From Chloroflexota bacterium (GTDB taxonomy: Bacteria; Chloroflexota; Dehalococcoidia; Lucifugimonadales; UBA826): 62,820 nt of DNA. Below, piece after piece: positions 30,255-40,557 of this stretch. How positions within the stretch are numbered: position 1 is the stretch's first letter; every line of letters begins with the position of its first letter. The notes under the pieces were generated by a model. The model was given only the letters and a program-made list of their open reading frames with translations, ran no database searches and had not been told where the DNA came from. The stretch lies in NCBI GenBank assembly GCA_003228105.1, contig QGNN01000004.1, forward strand, positions 1-62,820, written 5' to 3'. The translations under genes and the position numbers were made by a program.

Positions 30255-30965
30255 ATGGACAGCTTTCACATGGAAAAGAGAAATAATCAGGGAAAGGTAA
30301 TTTTGTTTGCAACTTCGTCTCCAAGAAGAAAGGAGATGTTGCGCCAATTTGGGTTGGATTTTGGGTTTGTCGATCCTATTGGAGATGAAAGAAATAAGCA
30401 TGAAAATGAACCTCCGATCCAATATGTGCAATCTTTGGCAATACAAAAGGCTAGAAGTGTATTCGGAAAGGTGCCAAAAGATTCAATAGTTTTGGCGGCT
30501 GACACGGTTGTGGTGTTTGGGGATCGAGTGATAGGTAAGCCGGTAAATAGAATTGAGGCGTTAGAAACTTTAAAAAATTTATCTGACACCCATCATCATG
30601 TGATAACTGCAATCTGTGTGTACGATGTGGCCAACGATGTATATCTTGAAGAAGCGGTTACGACAAAAGTGTATATGAGGGATTATGGCGATAGCGAAAT
30701 AAAGTCATACGTGGAAACAGGAGACCCAATGGATAAAGCCGGGTCATATGCTATTCAAAGTGACTCTTTCCATCCGGTTGAGGCGATAGAAGGATGTTAT
30801 TTTTCAGTTGTTGGTCTTCCTATCTGTACTTTGTTGAGAATTTTGACTCAATTGAAATTAAAAACAATAATTGATGTTGAAAAACACAAGAAAGATTTCT
30901 CAAAATGTACAGAGTGCTTAATGATGGCACCCCTAAATAGATTTCAAATAATTACGGAGTTGTGA
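30255..30965 (+). CDS. maf: Maf family nucleoside triphosphate pyrophosphatase
   Basis: SSPRR, AADTVV, GKP, DKAGSY, VVGLP. Confidence 0.93.
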   Translation: MDSFHMEKRNNQGKVILFATSSPRRKEMLRQFGLDFGFVDPIGDERNKHENEPPIQYVQSLAIQKARSVFGKVPKDSIVLAADTVVVFGDRVIGKPVNRIEALETLKNLSDTHHHVITAICVYDVANDVYLEEAVTTKVYMRDYGDSEIKSYVETGDPMDKAGSYAIQSDSFHPVEAIEGCYFSVVGLPICTLLRILTQLKLKTIIDVEKHKKDFSKCTECLMMAPLNRFQIITEL

Positions 30966-30969
30966 AGGC

Positions 30970-31344
30970 ATGCTGGGAATGGGAAGCATGGAAATTTTGG
31001 TGATATTGTTAATCTCTTTTCTGTTGCTGGGCCCACAAAAAATGATTTCTGGAGCACGAATGTTGGGGGATTTGATCTCAGAGGCTAAGAGATTTGCGGA
31101 AAAAATTCCTCATATGGATGTGGATAATTCTGCCACCACTAGCTATAGCAATATCCATGAATCCAAACCTGACGGCAATAGCTCAGAAGCCGATCTGGGC
31201 CGAAATGTAGCACCTCCTATAGCTTTTCAATCTAGGAGAAAAAAAATTCTCACATTTGAACCTCCAGAACCGCTGGGTGATAAGGAGACAAACAACAATA
31301 AAACAGGCACTGAGGATGAATCTGATAAAAGCCCAGGTAGGTGA
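30970..31344 (+). CDS. tatB: twin-arginine translocase TatB-like subunit
   Basis: MEILVIL..LLGPQK TM and hinge, long polar tail, directly upstream of tatC. Confidence 0.75.
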   Translation: MLGMGSMEILVILLISFLLLGPQKMISGARMLGDLISEAKRFAEKIPHMDVDNSATTSYSNIHESKPDGNSSEADLGRNVAPPIAFQSRRKKILTFEPPEPLGDKETNNNKTGTEDESDKSPGR

Positions 31345-31350
31345 TGTCTA

Positions 31351-32103
31351 TTGACTGACGATTCACAGTCTTTAGGGGCTCACCTCGATGAACTTCGAAG
31401 GCGTCTCACATGGTCCGCAGTTGTTGTTGTAACCTGCACAGTGGTTGCTTTTATATTTCATCAGCAAATACTTCGTTTGTTGATGGAACCGGCTAATGGA
31501 TTTCCGGGGGTGCCTAACCAAAAGCCTGTATATACGGACCTGACCGAGTTTATAGGTATAGCCATGAAGGCGTCGCTCCTTGCAGGTATCTTTACCTCAT
31601 TGCCTTTTCTTTTATGGCAGCTAGCAATGTTTGTTTCACCAGGGCTTAATCCCACCGAAAAAAAATATTTATACATATTGATGCCTGTTAGCATCATCGT
31701 TTTTCTGCTTGGTGCTGGATTTGGATATTTTGTGTTGTTTCCACCGGCAGTTAAATTTCTTATTACTTTCGGTAGTGATGTGGCTACTCCGATGATTAGG
31801 ATTGGCAATTATGTGAGTCTGATGCTCTCCCTTTTATTCTGGATGGGGGTGATATTTGAGCTACCTATCGTATTGTTTTTCCTATCTAGGATTGGCGTAG
31901 TTCAACCAGCGTTTCTATCGAGGAACCGGAAATGGGCGATTGTACTCGCATTTGTATTAGGGGCTCTAATCACACCTACCTTGGATCCTATAAACCAGAC
32001 CTTGGTAGCGATTCCGATCCTAGTGTTGTACGAGGTAGGTATAATTTTGTCCAAAATAGGGGTGAAAATAAGAGATAGGGAATCTACAGGTGATTTTGAA
32101 TAA
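31351..32103 (+). CDS. tatC: twin-arginine translocase subunit TatC
   Basis: HLDELRRRL, SPGL..E, FELP, ITPTLDP, LYE. Confidence 0.96.
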   Translation: MTDDSQSLGAHLDELRRRLTWSAVVVVTCTVVAFIFHQQILRLLMEPANGFPGVPNQKPVYTDLTEFIGIAMKASLLAGIFTSLPFLLWQLAMFVSPGLNPTEKKYLYILMPVSIIVFLLGAGFGYFVLFPPAVKFLITFGSDVATPMIRIGNYVSLMLSLLFWMGVIFELPIVLFFLSRIGVVQPAFLSRNRKWAIVLAFVLGALITPTLDPINQTLVAIPILVLYEVGIILSKIGVKIRDRESTGDFE

Positions 32104-32195
32104 AACTGGAGGCAATGGTAACTTGTAATTCAGTTACATTTGATCTTATATTGTCTGAATGCATTAAATTTTTGCATCACAGTGGGAAACTCAGA

Positions 32196-32369
32196 TCAAT
32201 CCGTTTTAGTTGCCGAATCGTCTTCGGCGATATCTTTTTGGGTGGATCTGAATTCCTTGAGGGCTTTTCCCATAGCTCCTCCAATTTCAGGTAACCTACC
32301 TACACCAAATATTATTAGTACAACCACCAAAACGATTATTAGTTCCATGGGGCCAAATCTGAAAGGCAT
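32196..32369 (-). CDS. tatA: twin-arginine translocase subunit TatA (57 aa, not in ORF track)
   Basis: Manually translated: MPFRFGPMELIIVLVVVLIIFGVGRLPEIGGAMGKALKEFRSTQKDIAEDDSATKTD; GAGAGG RBS. Confidence 0.93.
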   Translation of the reverse strand: MPFRFGPMELIIVLVVVLIIFGVGRLPEIGGAMGKALKEFRSTQKDIAEDDSATKTD

Positions 32370-32600
32370 TATTTCCTCTCCACATTATGAATGAATTGTG
32401 TCAGTATCAACGCCTTCAATTCTATCAAATACTGTAATAATGGCCACAAGTGATTTGAGGGGGGTAAATACGAGCTAAATACGTATTGAGCCTATTGCCT
32501 TTGTAGCAAACATCAAAGTACAATTTTACTCTTGTGATTTGCCCTTGAACTATTTTATTCTCAGATCAACTAACTTAGAAAACATGTCGAGACACGGAAA

Positions 32601-32945
32601 ATGGATGCTCATAATCTAATACCAGTAGAAAAAAACCCAAAAATCGAAGAGTTTAGTTCTGGAGATACAGTTGTCGTTAACGTGAGGGTGGTTGAGGGGG
32701 AAAGGGTTAGGACTCAGGCCTTTGAAGGTGTTGTTCTGAGGGTCAGAGGAAATGGGAGAGGAGAGACGTTCACAGTCCGTAGGATTACCAATCAAGTCGG
32801 TGTAGAACGAACTTTCCTTAAGTGCTCTCCAAATGTTGAATCTGTCAAGGTCACAAGAAAGGGGAAAGTCAGAAGGGCTAGACTGTATTACTTGAGAGGC
32901 CTATCTGGCAGGGCTGCCAGAATTAAAGAAGATAGAAGGCGTTGA
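32601..32945 (+). CDS. rplS: 50S ribosomal protein L19
   Basis: [33 protein letters not shown]. Confidence 0.97.
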   Translation: MDAHNLIPVEKNPKIEEFSSGDTVVVNVRVVEGERVRTQAFEGVVLRVRGNGRGETFTVRRITNQVGVERTFLKCSPNVESVKVTRKGKVRRARLYYLRGLSGRAARIKEDRRR

Positions 32946-33024
32946 ATTTATAAATCAAAACCTCAGGTTTCGATCTTTTGTAATTGTATACTTCGGGACA
33001 AATGACCTTAGTTAGGTAACGGGG

Positions 33025-35502
33025 TTGAGTCTTTTGAAATTTGTCGAAGTAGCAGTAGATTCACCAGGTTCTGGAAATAGAACCTTTACTTACTCGATCC
33101 CTGCAGGGCTCAACTTAGAACTAGGCCACTCTGTAATTGTGCCTTTTGGTAAGCAGACCAAACAGGGGATAATTTTCGGGGCTTCAGACACATCTAACTT
33201 GGATTCAGTTCGTGATGTATTAGAACTCACAGACAGTAACTCTTTAATTGACCCAACCCGATTGGAGTTAGCCCGTTGGATCAGCCAACAATATTTTTGC
33301 ACTTTATTTCAAGCCTGTTCCCTAATGCTTCCGCCTGGCGCAAGAAAGCGTAAATATGTCTGGTTGTCTGTTGCTAGCGGAGTAGAGATATCGGAACTGA
33401 AATTCAGTGAATTCCAAATCTTAATTCTCAAATATTTATCGTCCAGAAACTCTGCACAATTAGAGAAGGTCATTGCCCATTTCGGAGAAAGAGCACGGCG
33501 GTCAATTAGCCGGCTTATTGAAAAACAGGTAGTGGTTCCGACTGTAAAAGAATCCTCAGTGAAAGTTCGGGTGAAATATGAAAAGTTAGGTAAGATAACC
33601 AAATCCGGTAAGGCAGCTTTAATGGCGGGGGAACTACAAAAAGCTCCGAAGCAATTGGTCGCCTTAACTTACTTATCTAAAGACGAAAAAATAATATGTA
33701 AAATAGCTACACTGAGGAGCAAATTCGGTTCTTCTTCTATCAATTCATTAATAGCCAAGGGTTATTTACACCAAGAGCAATTCGAAGTTGTGAGGGATCC
33801 TCTCAACGGTAAGCTGTATACACCTGCTCAACCGGTTAATCTTTCGGATTCACAAACTTACGCTTTAAAACAAATATATGAATTGATAGAGAAGCCTTCG
33901 ATTAAAACTAGAGCCGTACTTCTTCATGGTGTTACTGGTAGTGGTAAGACTGAAGTGTATCTGGAAGCCGTGTCCTTTTGTATTTCCCGAGGGAAAAACT
34001 CTTTGGTGCTTGTTCCAGAAATTGCGTTGACTCCCCAAACCATAGAACGATTTTCTTCCAGGTTTCCAGGAAAAATAGCAGTTCTGCATAGCGGACTGTC
34101 AGTAGGGGAACGGTTTGACCAGTGGAGAAAGATCAAAGCCAATGAATATCAGGTTGTGGTTGGATCAAGAAGCTCCATATTTGCCCCTTTGAATAACTTG
34201 GGGTTGATCATAATTGACGAGGAGCATGAATGGACTTATAAACAGAATGAGGGGGTGCCTAGGTATCATGCTAGAGATGTTGCGATGCAATTAGCAGGGT
34301 TAACATCAGCCGCTGTGATTTTAGGGTCAGCCTCCCCAGATATCGAATCCTACCTGCGAGCCAAGCGAGGAAGATATCGGTTGGTAGAGTTAAATCAAAG
34401 ATATAGGCCTACTGTAAATGGCACCTCAGGTAGAGATGGGAGGTTGCTTGCTGAGGTCAATATTGTGGATATGAGGGTTGAGTTAAAGAGTGGTAACGAT
34501 GACATTTTCAGCAGGCAATTAATAGCAGAGTTAGAAAGCACTATCAATAACGGGAATCAAGCTATTCTTTTTATAAACAGAAGAGGATTCTCTTCCTTTG
34601 TCCAATGCAATAGTTGTGGGTACGTGGCCAAGTGTAGAAATTGTGATGTGTCACTCACATTTCATGCCGAGTCCCAATTGTTAATTTGCCACTACTGTGC
34701 CCAAAAGAGAAGGAATATTGAAAACTGTCTAGAGTGCGGCAGCGATTCTATTGGAAGGTATGGTGTGGGTACTCAACTTGTTACTGAAAAACTTAATAAA
34801 TTGTACCCCGATGTAGTTATTGATAGATGGGACAGTGATGCCATAACCAGGCATTCTCACTATGGGGAGCTTTTGGATAGGTTCAGATCAGGACAATCTC
34901 AAATTGTTGTTGGCACGCAGTTAATATCAAAAGGGCATCATTTGCCTAATGTGACGTTAGTAGGCGTTGTATCGGCTGATGTCGGGCTTGGGTTGCCGGA
35001 TTTCAGAGCATCGGAGCGAGTATTTCAAACTTTGTGCCAAGTGGCTGGTAGAGCAGGGAGGGGGGTGGAGGATGGCAAAGTTATTATTCAAACATATCAG
35101 CCAGACCATTACGCCATAAAAACTGCTGCTACGCAGAATTACGAGTCTTTTTTTGATATAGAATCTAAGAATAGGCGCAACCATGTGCAGCCGCCATATA
35201 GCAAAATAATTAGATTGCTTAGGCAAGATGTAGATGACATTTCTGGGCAGAGAGAGGCTAAACAGCTAGCTAAGCTACTGGGAGAACAAAAACAGGTATG
35301 GGGATTGTCTGATACCGAAATTCTTGGTCCCACCCAAGCTTTTCCGAGTCGAGTTAGAGGTCGATACAGATGGCAACTTATATTAAGAGGCCCAAACCCT
35401 CGAACTTTGCTGGAAACAATAAGCCTACCCGGTGTTTCTGACGAACGTAGGTCTATGAAAAGAGGATGGGTATTGGACGTGGATTCTTATCTGTCAATCT
35501 AG
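33025..35502 (+). CDS. priA: primosomal protein N' (replication restart helicase)
   Basis: GVTGSGKTEVY, DEEH, Cys-rich CxxC cluster, QVAGRAGR. Confidence 0.96.
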   Translation: MSLLKFVEVAVDSPGSGNRTFTYSIPAGLNLELGHSVIVPFGKQTKQGIIFGASDTSNLDSVRDVLELTDSNSLIDPTRLELARWISQQYFCTLFQACSLMLPPGARKRKYVWLSVASGVEISELKFSEFQILILKYLSSRNSAQLEKVIAHFGERARRSISRLIEKQVVVPTVKESSVKVRVKYEKLGKITKSGKAALMAGELQKAPKQLVALTYLSKDEKIICKIATLRSKFGSSSINSLIAKGYLHQEQFEVVRDPLNGKLYTPAQPVNLSDSQTYALKQIYELIEKPSIKTRAVLLHGVTGSGKTEVYLEAVSFCISRGKNSLVLVPEIALTPQTIERFSSRFPGKIAVLHSGLSVGERFDQWRKIKANEYQVVVGSRSSIFAPLNNLGLIIIDEEHEWTYKQNEGVPRYHARDVAMQLAGLTSAAVILGSASPDIESYLRAKRGRYRLVELNQRYRPTVNGTSGRDGRLLAEVNIVDMRVELKSGNDDIFSRQLIAELESTINNGNQAILFINRRGFSSFVQCNSCGYVAKCRNCDVSLTFHAESQLLICHYCAQKRRNIENCLECGSDSIGRYGVGTQLVTEKLNKLYPDVVIDRWDSDAITRHSHYGELLDRFRSGQSQIVVGTQLISKGHHLPNVTLVGVVSADVGLGLPDFRASERVFQTLCQVAGRAGRGVEDGKVIIQTYQPDHYAIKTAATQNYESFFDIESKNRRNHVQPPYSKIIRLLRQDVDDISGQREAKQLAKLLGEQKQVWGLSDTEILGPTQAFPSRVRGRYRWQLILRGPNPRTLLETISLPGVSDERRSMKRGWVLDVDSYLSI

Positions 35503-35555
35503 TTACTTTGGATGGTATTGTTGGGGTCTAAATTAAGTAATCTGACTGAACTGCT

Positions 35556-35564
35556 TGTTATAAT
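35556..35564 (+). promoter_or_regulatory. extended -10 promoter for prfB
   Basis: TGTTATAAT about 55 nt upstream of the prfB ATG. Confidence 0.5.
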
Positions 35565-35618
35565 TAGCTTCTAGCGCTCACATATGCTTTTCAAGAACTG
35601 TGTGGAGAGGAACCCCCG

Positions 35619-36720
35619 ATGCAAGAATTGAAAACCGCTTTATTCGATCTGAGAGAAAAGGTTTCTGACCTACTGGTGCGTCTTTGACCTTCCTTCAAAG
35701 GAACGAAAAATAAAAGAATTGGAAGAAGAATCGATAGTTCCAAATTTTTGGGAAGATTCTACTAATGCCCAATCCAAAATGAAAACCTTGGCAACATTAA
35801 ATAATCAGGTTGCTGTGTGGAAAGGGATTCAAAAACAGATAGTGACGAATCTGGAATTGCTGGAACTGGCAAATTTAGAGAACGATTCAAGCTTTTTGGA
35901 TGAGATTCGCCTGGAAACCGGTCAAATAGAAAAAAACGTCGAAGAGGAAGAATTTACACTTACCCTCTCAGGTGAACACGATCAACGCGATGCCATATTA
36001 GCCTTGCATGCGGGGGCAGGAGGTGTTGATTCTCAAGATTGGGCTTCTATGCTAACCCGTATGTATACCAGATGGTGCGATCGGAAAGGGTTTGGTTGTG
36101 AAATTTTAGATGTTTCTCACGGAGAAGAATCTGGTATAAAAAGTGTGGTGGTACAAATAACTGGCGACTATGCATATGGTCATCTCAAAGCGGAAAAAGG
36201 AGTTCATAGACTCGTTCGGATTTCCCCATTTGATAGCGACCATGCTAGGCATACTTCATTCGTTCTCGCTGAAGTTATCCCAAAAATGGATGAAAGCGCA
36301 GGCGTCGAAATTAATACAGATGATTTGAGGGTGGATGTATTTAGAGCTGGAGGCCATGGTGGACAAAATGTTCAGAAAAACTCAACAGCTATACGAATAA
36401 CTCATGACCCCACCGGGATAGTTGTAACATGTCAAAATGAAAGATCCCAACACCAAAACAGAGAAATAGCTATGGGAATATTAGCTTCTCGCTTGGCAGA
36501 GCTAGAAAGAAAGAGAAAAGATAAAGAAATATCGGATTTGAAAGGGGATCATGTTTCTGCCGAGTGGGGTAACCAAATTCGTAGTTATGTATTGCATCCT
36601 TATCAGATGGTTAAGGATCACCGAACCAATGTGGAGACTTCTGCCACAGATGAAGTTTTAGACGGCAATTTGGACGTTTTCATAAAAGCTTATTTAGCCT
36701 TTCAAATGGGTTCTGACTAA
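35619..36720 (+). CDS. prfB: peptide chain release factor 2 (programmed +1 frameshift)
   Basis: ORF1 MQELKTALFDLREKVSDLLVRL ends in CTT TGA C (35682-35688); the +1 frame continues DLPSKERK.. into the SPF and GGQ motifs. Confidence 0.96.
35682..35688 (+). other. RF2 +1 ribosomal frameshift site CTT-TGA-C
   Basis: Canonical RF2 slippery site joining the two reading frames. Confidence 0.93.
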
Positions 36721-36854
36721 CGCTTTAACTGCTCCGAGGTTCATGTAAGGTGATAATACCTAAGTGGAATTGCCGTTGTTAATATTTAAGAAAGATTACT
36801 ATTATTAAAGAGATCTGTTTTTTTGCTTAAGACTAAATTGCTTTTGGGGTACAT

Positions 36855-38576
36855 ATGATTAACCGTTTTTCACTCGTTTTTTCAATGGTGATACTTTTGA
36901 TTGGATCAGTCGCTTGTGGTCAGACTGTAATCGGAAAGGCTGTTGGTGATTCTGGAAACTCAGAACCAACCACTGAATCCTCTAACGTGGCTGAATCGAT
37001 ACGAGAATCCACCATGGAGAAAAGTGCGTATGCGAAAACCGAAGTCAAAACTTTAGCTGATGTTTCCGAAGCACCAGTTGGTGTATTTAATCGCCTTTGG
37101 TCTGATCCTCCAACATTGGACCCTCACCTCACTTCAGATACTACTTCTGCAGGCGTTGTCGTGGAAATATTTGGTGGTTTAGTCGGATTTGATACCAACT
37201 TACGATTAATTCCCGATCTCGCTGATAGCTGGGATATTTCAATTGACGGTCTTACTTATACTTTCAAAATCCGTGATGATGCTGTGTTTCACGATGGTAC
37301 TAAAGTGACAGCACATGATTTTAAATGGTCTTTGGAGCGTGCAGTAAACCCAGACACCGCTTCCCCTACGGCCAAAACATATCTAGGCGACATAGTAGGA
37401 GTAATTGATGTGTTGGAAGGTAAAAATTCTCAAATAAGTGGTGTCAAAGCGATTGACGACAGGACATTACAAATAGAGATAGATTCTCCAAAGGCATATT
37501 TTTTAGCTAAACTCACCTACCCGACGGCATACGTTGTTGACAGGAATAATGTATCGGCAGGAGGTCTTAACTGGACCGATAGCGCTAATGGGACTGGGCC
37601 ATTTAAATTGTCCGATTACAAAATTGGAGAAAGGATCATATTGGAGCGAAATGACCTGTACCATCTCGATAAAGCCAAACTAGCAAAAATACAGATGAAT
37701 TTGGCTGGTGGGTCCTCAATGGCTATGTATGAAAATGATGAGATTGATATTACCGGAGTTGGGCTTTTTGATCTGGAGAGGATTAAGGATCCAGTTGATC
37801 CACTTAATAGGGATCTGGTTGTTGCCGACCCTGGATATTCAGTTAACTACATAGGATTTAATGTACAAGAACCTCCTTTCGATGACTCTAAATTTCGCCG
37901 TGCGTTAAACCATGCGATAGATAAGGAATTAATTGCAAAGGAAGTATATTCAGATTTGGTGGTTCCTGCGTACGGAATATTACCACCTGGCTTCCCTGGG
38001 TTCAATGAACGCCTGGAGGGTCTTCGCCACGATCCTGTTTTAGCAAAAAAACTTTTGTCCGAATCAAAATATGCTGACCCGGCTAATAGGCCTAGGATTG
38101 TAATAACTATCCCTGGTACAGGGGGTACTCCTGGATTAGATCTAGAGGTAATAATAAATATGTGGCTGGAAACTTTGGGTGTTGAAGTAGAGCTACAGCA
38201 AGTTGAATGGGCTACCTACCTCAAAGATTTAGATGAGGAAAAATTCCAAGCTTTTGGTGGTTTGGGGTGGGAGGCTGATTACCCTGACCCCCAAGATTTC
38301 TTGGACATATTATTTCATTCGAAAAGTGAAAATAACCACGGCTTATATTCTAGTCAGAAGGTCGATATTTTGCTCCAGGATGCTAGGATTGAAACAGACT
38401 TGGTGAAGCGAATAGACCTTTACCAAGAGGCAGAGGAAATTATTGTTAATGATGCTGCTTGGGTTCCTTTGTGGTTTGCAGGAGAACGGCACGTTCTAAT
38501 AAAGCCGTACGTGAAAGGGTATGAGCTGACCCCAATGACAATATCAAAGATGCGATATGTTTATATACAAGATTAA
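36855..38576 (+). CDS. peptide/nickel ABC transporter substrate-binding lipoprotein (OppA/DppA family)
   Basis: Lipobox SVAC, TLDP, PDLA.SW, FHDG..VTA.D, GTGPF, W.ADYPDP. Confidence 0.92.
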   Translation: MINRFSLVFSMVILLIGSVACGQTVIGKAVGDSGNSEPTTESSNVAESIRESTMEKSAYAKTEVKTLADVSEAPVGVFNRLWSDPPTLDPHLTSDTTSAGVVVEIFGGLVGFDTNLRLIPDLADSWDISIDGLTYTFKIRDDAVFHDGTKVTAHDFKWSLERAVNPDTASPTAKTYLGDIVGVIDVLEGKNSQISGVKAIDDRTLQIEIDSPKAYFLAKLTYPTAYVVDRNNVSAGGLNWTDSANGTGPFKLSDYKIGERIILERNDLYHLDKAKLAKIQMNLAGGSSMAMYENDEIDITGVGLFDLERIKDPVDPLNRDLVVADPGYSVNYIGFNVQEPPFDDSKFRRALNHAIDKELIAKEVYSDLVVPAYGILPPGFPGFNERLEGLRHDPVLAKKLLSESKYADPANRPRIVITIPGTGGTPGLDLEVIINMWLETLGVEVELQQVEWATYLKDLDEEKFQAFGGLGWEADYPDPQDFLDILFHSKSENNHGLYSSQKVDILLQDARIETDLVKRIDLYQEAEEIIVNDAAWVPLWFAGERHVLIKPYVKGYELTPMTISKMRYVYIQD

Positions 38577-38600
38577 GTTTGTCATCAATTGTAGGTAAAT

Positions 38601-38640
38601 TATTCGCTATCCTCTGATGTCATTTATGCTATAGCGAATA
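38601..38640 (+). other. intergenic stem-loop after the substrate-binding protein gene
   Basis: Perfect 10-bp inverted repeat TATTCGCTAT-N20-ATAGCGAATA with no U-tract. Confidence 0.55.
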
Positions 38641-38660
38641 CAGAATAAGTTTAGAGGCAT

Positions 38661-39590
38661 ATGGGGATATATATAACTAGAAGGTTGCTATGGTTGCCTA
38701 CATTATTATTGATGGTATCGGCAGTCACCTTCGTTCTCGGAACCTATGGGCCTGGTGACCCAGTAAGGGTGATGCTGGGGACTAGGTATGACGAGGCGAC
38801 TGCCGAAAGAATAAGATCTTCACTGGGGCTGGATCGACCAGTGATAGTCCAGTACGCTGACTACGTATCGGGGGCAATTAGGGGAGACTTTGGGGAGAGC
38901 CTTAGATATCGAGGTCGATCAGTAGGCTCATTACTGGCTTCAAAAATGTGGGTTTCTTTCCAAGTTAACCTCGCTGCCATGTTTGTTAGTTTGTCCATCG
39001 GGTTACCTTTGGGGTTTTGGATAGCCCATAAACAAGGTACCTGGGTAGATCCTGCTGCTGTTTCACTTACTTTGGTTCTAATGTCCGTACCAATTATGGT
39101 AAGCATTCCTATAGTTTTGTGGGGCTTATGTTTGAAACTGAGTCTGGTGCCATGTTCTGGATGGGGAGGATTTTTTGACCTGAGGATTATAGTTCCTGCT
39201 ATCACAATGGGAATTCCTGGAGTCGCCGGACTTGCTCGTTTGATGCGGACTAGTACCTTGGATGTATTTGGCCAAGATTTCATTAGAACCGCAAGGGCTA
39301 AAGGTTTAAGTGAAAGATATATTGATGTGAGACATGTTTTGAGGAATGCAATCATTCCCGTCGTAACTATACTGTCATTTTCTTTAGCTGGTATGTTGAC
39401 CACCGGGTTCATAACTGAAAGATTACTTGGGATACCAGGGGTAGGAGATTTTGCTATTCAGGCTATTTTTAACAGGGACTATCCGGTAATAATGGCATTC
39501 ACTCTTATACTTTCAACTGCTTTTGTAGTTGCTAATTTGCTAGCTGACATCGCATACTCTCTAATTGATCCACGCATAAGGCTCTCATAG
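38661..39590 (+). CDS. peptide ABC transporter permease (OppB/DppB)
   Basis: PGDP, GDFGES, RTARAKGL, RDYPV, DPRIR. Confidence 0.92.
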   Translation: MGIYITRRLLWLPTLLLMVSAVTFVLGTYGPGDPVRVMLGTRYDEATAERIRSSLGLDRPVIVQYADYVSGAIRGDFGESLRYRGRSVGSLLASKMWVSFQVNLAAMFVSLSIGLPLGFWIAHKQGTWVDPAAVSLTLVLMSVPIMVSIPIVLWGLCLKLSLVPCSGWGGFFDLRIIVPAITMGIPGVAGLARLMRTSTLDVFGQDFIRTARAKGLSERYIDVRHVLRNAIIPVVTILSFSLAGMLTTGFITERLLGIPGVGDFAIQAIFNRDYPVIMAFTLILSTAFVVANLLADIAYSLIDPRIRLS

Positions 39591-40528
39591 TGGATACATC
39601 CATTAGTAATAAAGGTCATTTGTCCCGAGCTTTCACGAGGCTTTGGCATAAAAAACTAGCAGTGGTATGTCTGATTGTTATCATGATCATTTATTTCTTG
39701 GGTATATTTGCGCCCTGGGTAGCACCTTATGGATATAACGAGCAGGATTACGAATCAATCAGAGAAGCTCCCACAATGCAACATATAGCTGGGACTGATC
39801 TGAAAGGTAGAGACGTTTTTTCTAGGGCCCTTTGGGGGATACAAAACACGGTGATAATAACCTTGGTAACGATCCTCACAGGAGGATTGCTGATAGGAGT
39901 ATCCCTTGGATTGATTTCTGGATATTATGGAGGTAAAGTTGACTCATTAATAATGAGAATAGGCGAGCTTTTTGCTTCTTTTCCAGACATCTTGCTAGTT
40001 ATTTTATTAGCTGCTACTTTAAGGCCAAGAATCTTAGGTTTTGTTCGTTGGATCGAAGATAACACAGTGTTAGACGGGATAGTGAAATCTGGAATAGCTG
40101 ACTATTTAGTAATCTCGTTGGCTTTAGTTTCGTTTAGCTGGGTTGGGATGGCCCGCTTAGTCCGGGGGCAAGTTTTGTCTCTAAAGAGTTCACAATATGT
40201 TGAAGCGGCTCAGGCAACGGGAGCCTCAACTTCACGGATTTTATTTATTCATCTCCTACCCAATGCCATAGGCCCCATCGTAGTTATGGTCTCAATGGGC
40301 ATGGGCACCCTGATCGGAACAGAGATTATCTTAAGTTGGCTTGGTTTGGGTATACAGCCACCGAGACCTAGTTTAGGAACGATGCTATTGGAAGCAGGTA
40401 GTATTAGTGCGTTTCGAGTCGTTCCGTGGATGTTAATCGCTCCCGGGGTTGTAGCTTGGTCATTAGTTCTGTGTTGGAATTTGTTTGGCGATGCTATGAG
40501 TGATGTGTTAAATCCCAGCACTAGGTGA
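39590..40528 (+). CDS. peptide ABC transporter permease (OppC/DppC)
   Basis: GTD..GRD, YVEAA.ATGAS EAA loop, LGLGIQPP. Confidence 0.92.
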   Translation: MDTSISNKGHLSRAFTRLWHKKLAVVCLIVIMIIYFLGIFAPWVAPYGYNEQDYESIREAPTMQHIAGTDLKGRDVFSRALWGIQNTVIITLVTILTGGLLIGVSLGLISGYYGGKVDSLIMRIGELFASFPDILLVILLAATLRPRILGFVRWIEDNTVLDGIVKSGIADYLVISLALVSFSWVGMARLVRGQVLSLKSSQYVEAAQATGASTSRILFIHLLPNAIGPIVVMVSMGMGTLIGTEIILSWLGLGIQPPRPSLGTMLLEAGSISAFRVVPWMLIAPGVVAWSLVLCWNLFGDAMSDVLNPSTR

Positions 40529-40557
40529 ATATGATAAATTGTTAAATTAAGTGAGAT

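Noticed and set aside
32140-32394. 84-aa plus-strand ORF
   Set aside because: It is the antisense shadow of the real tatA
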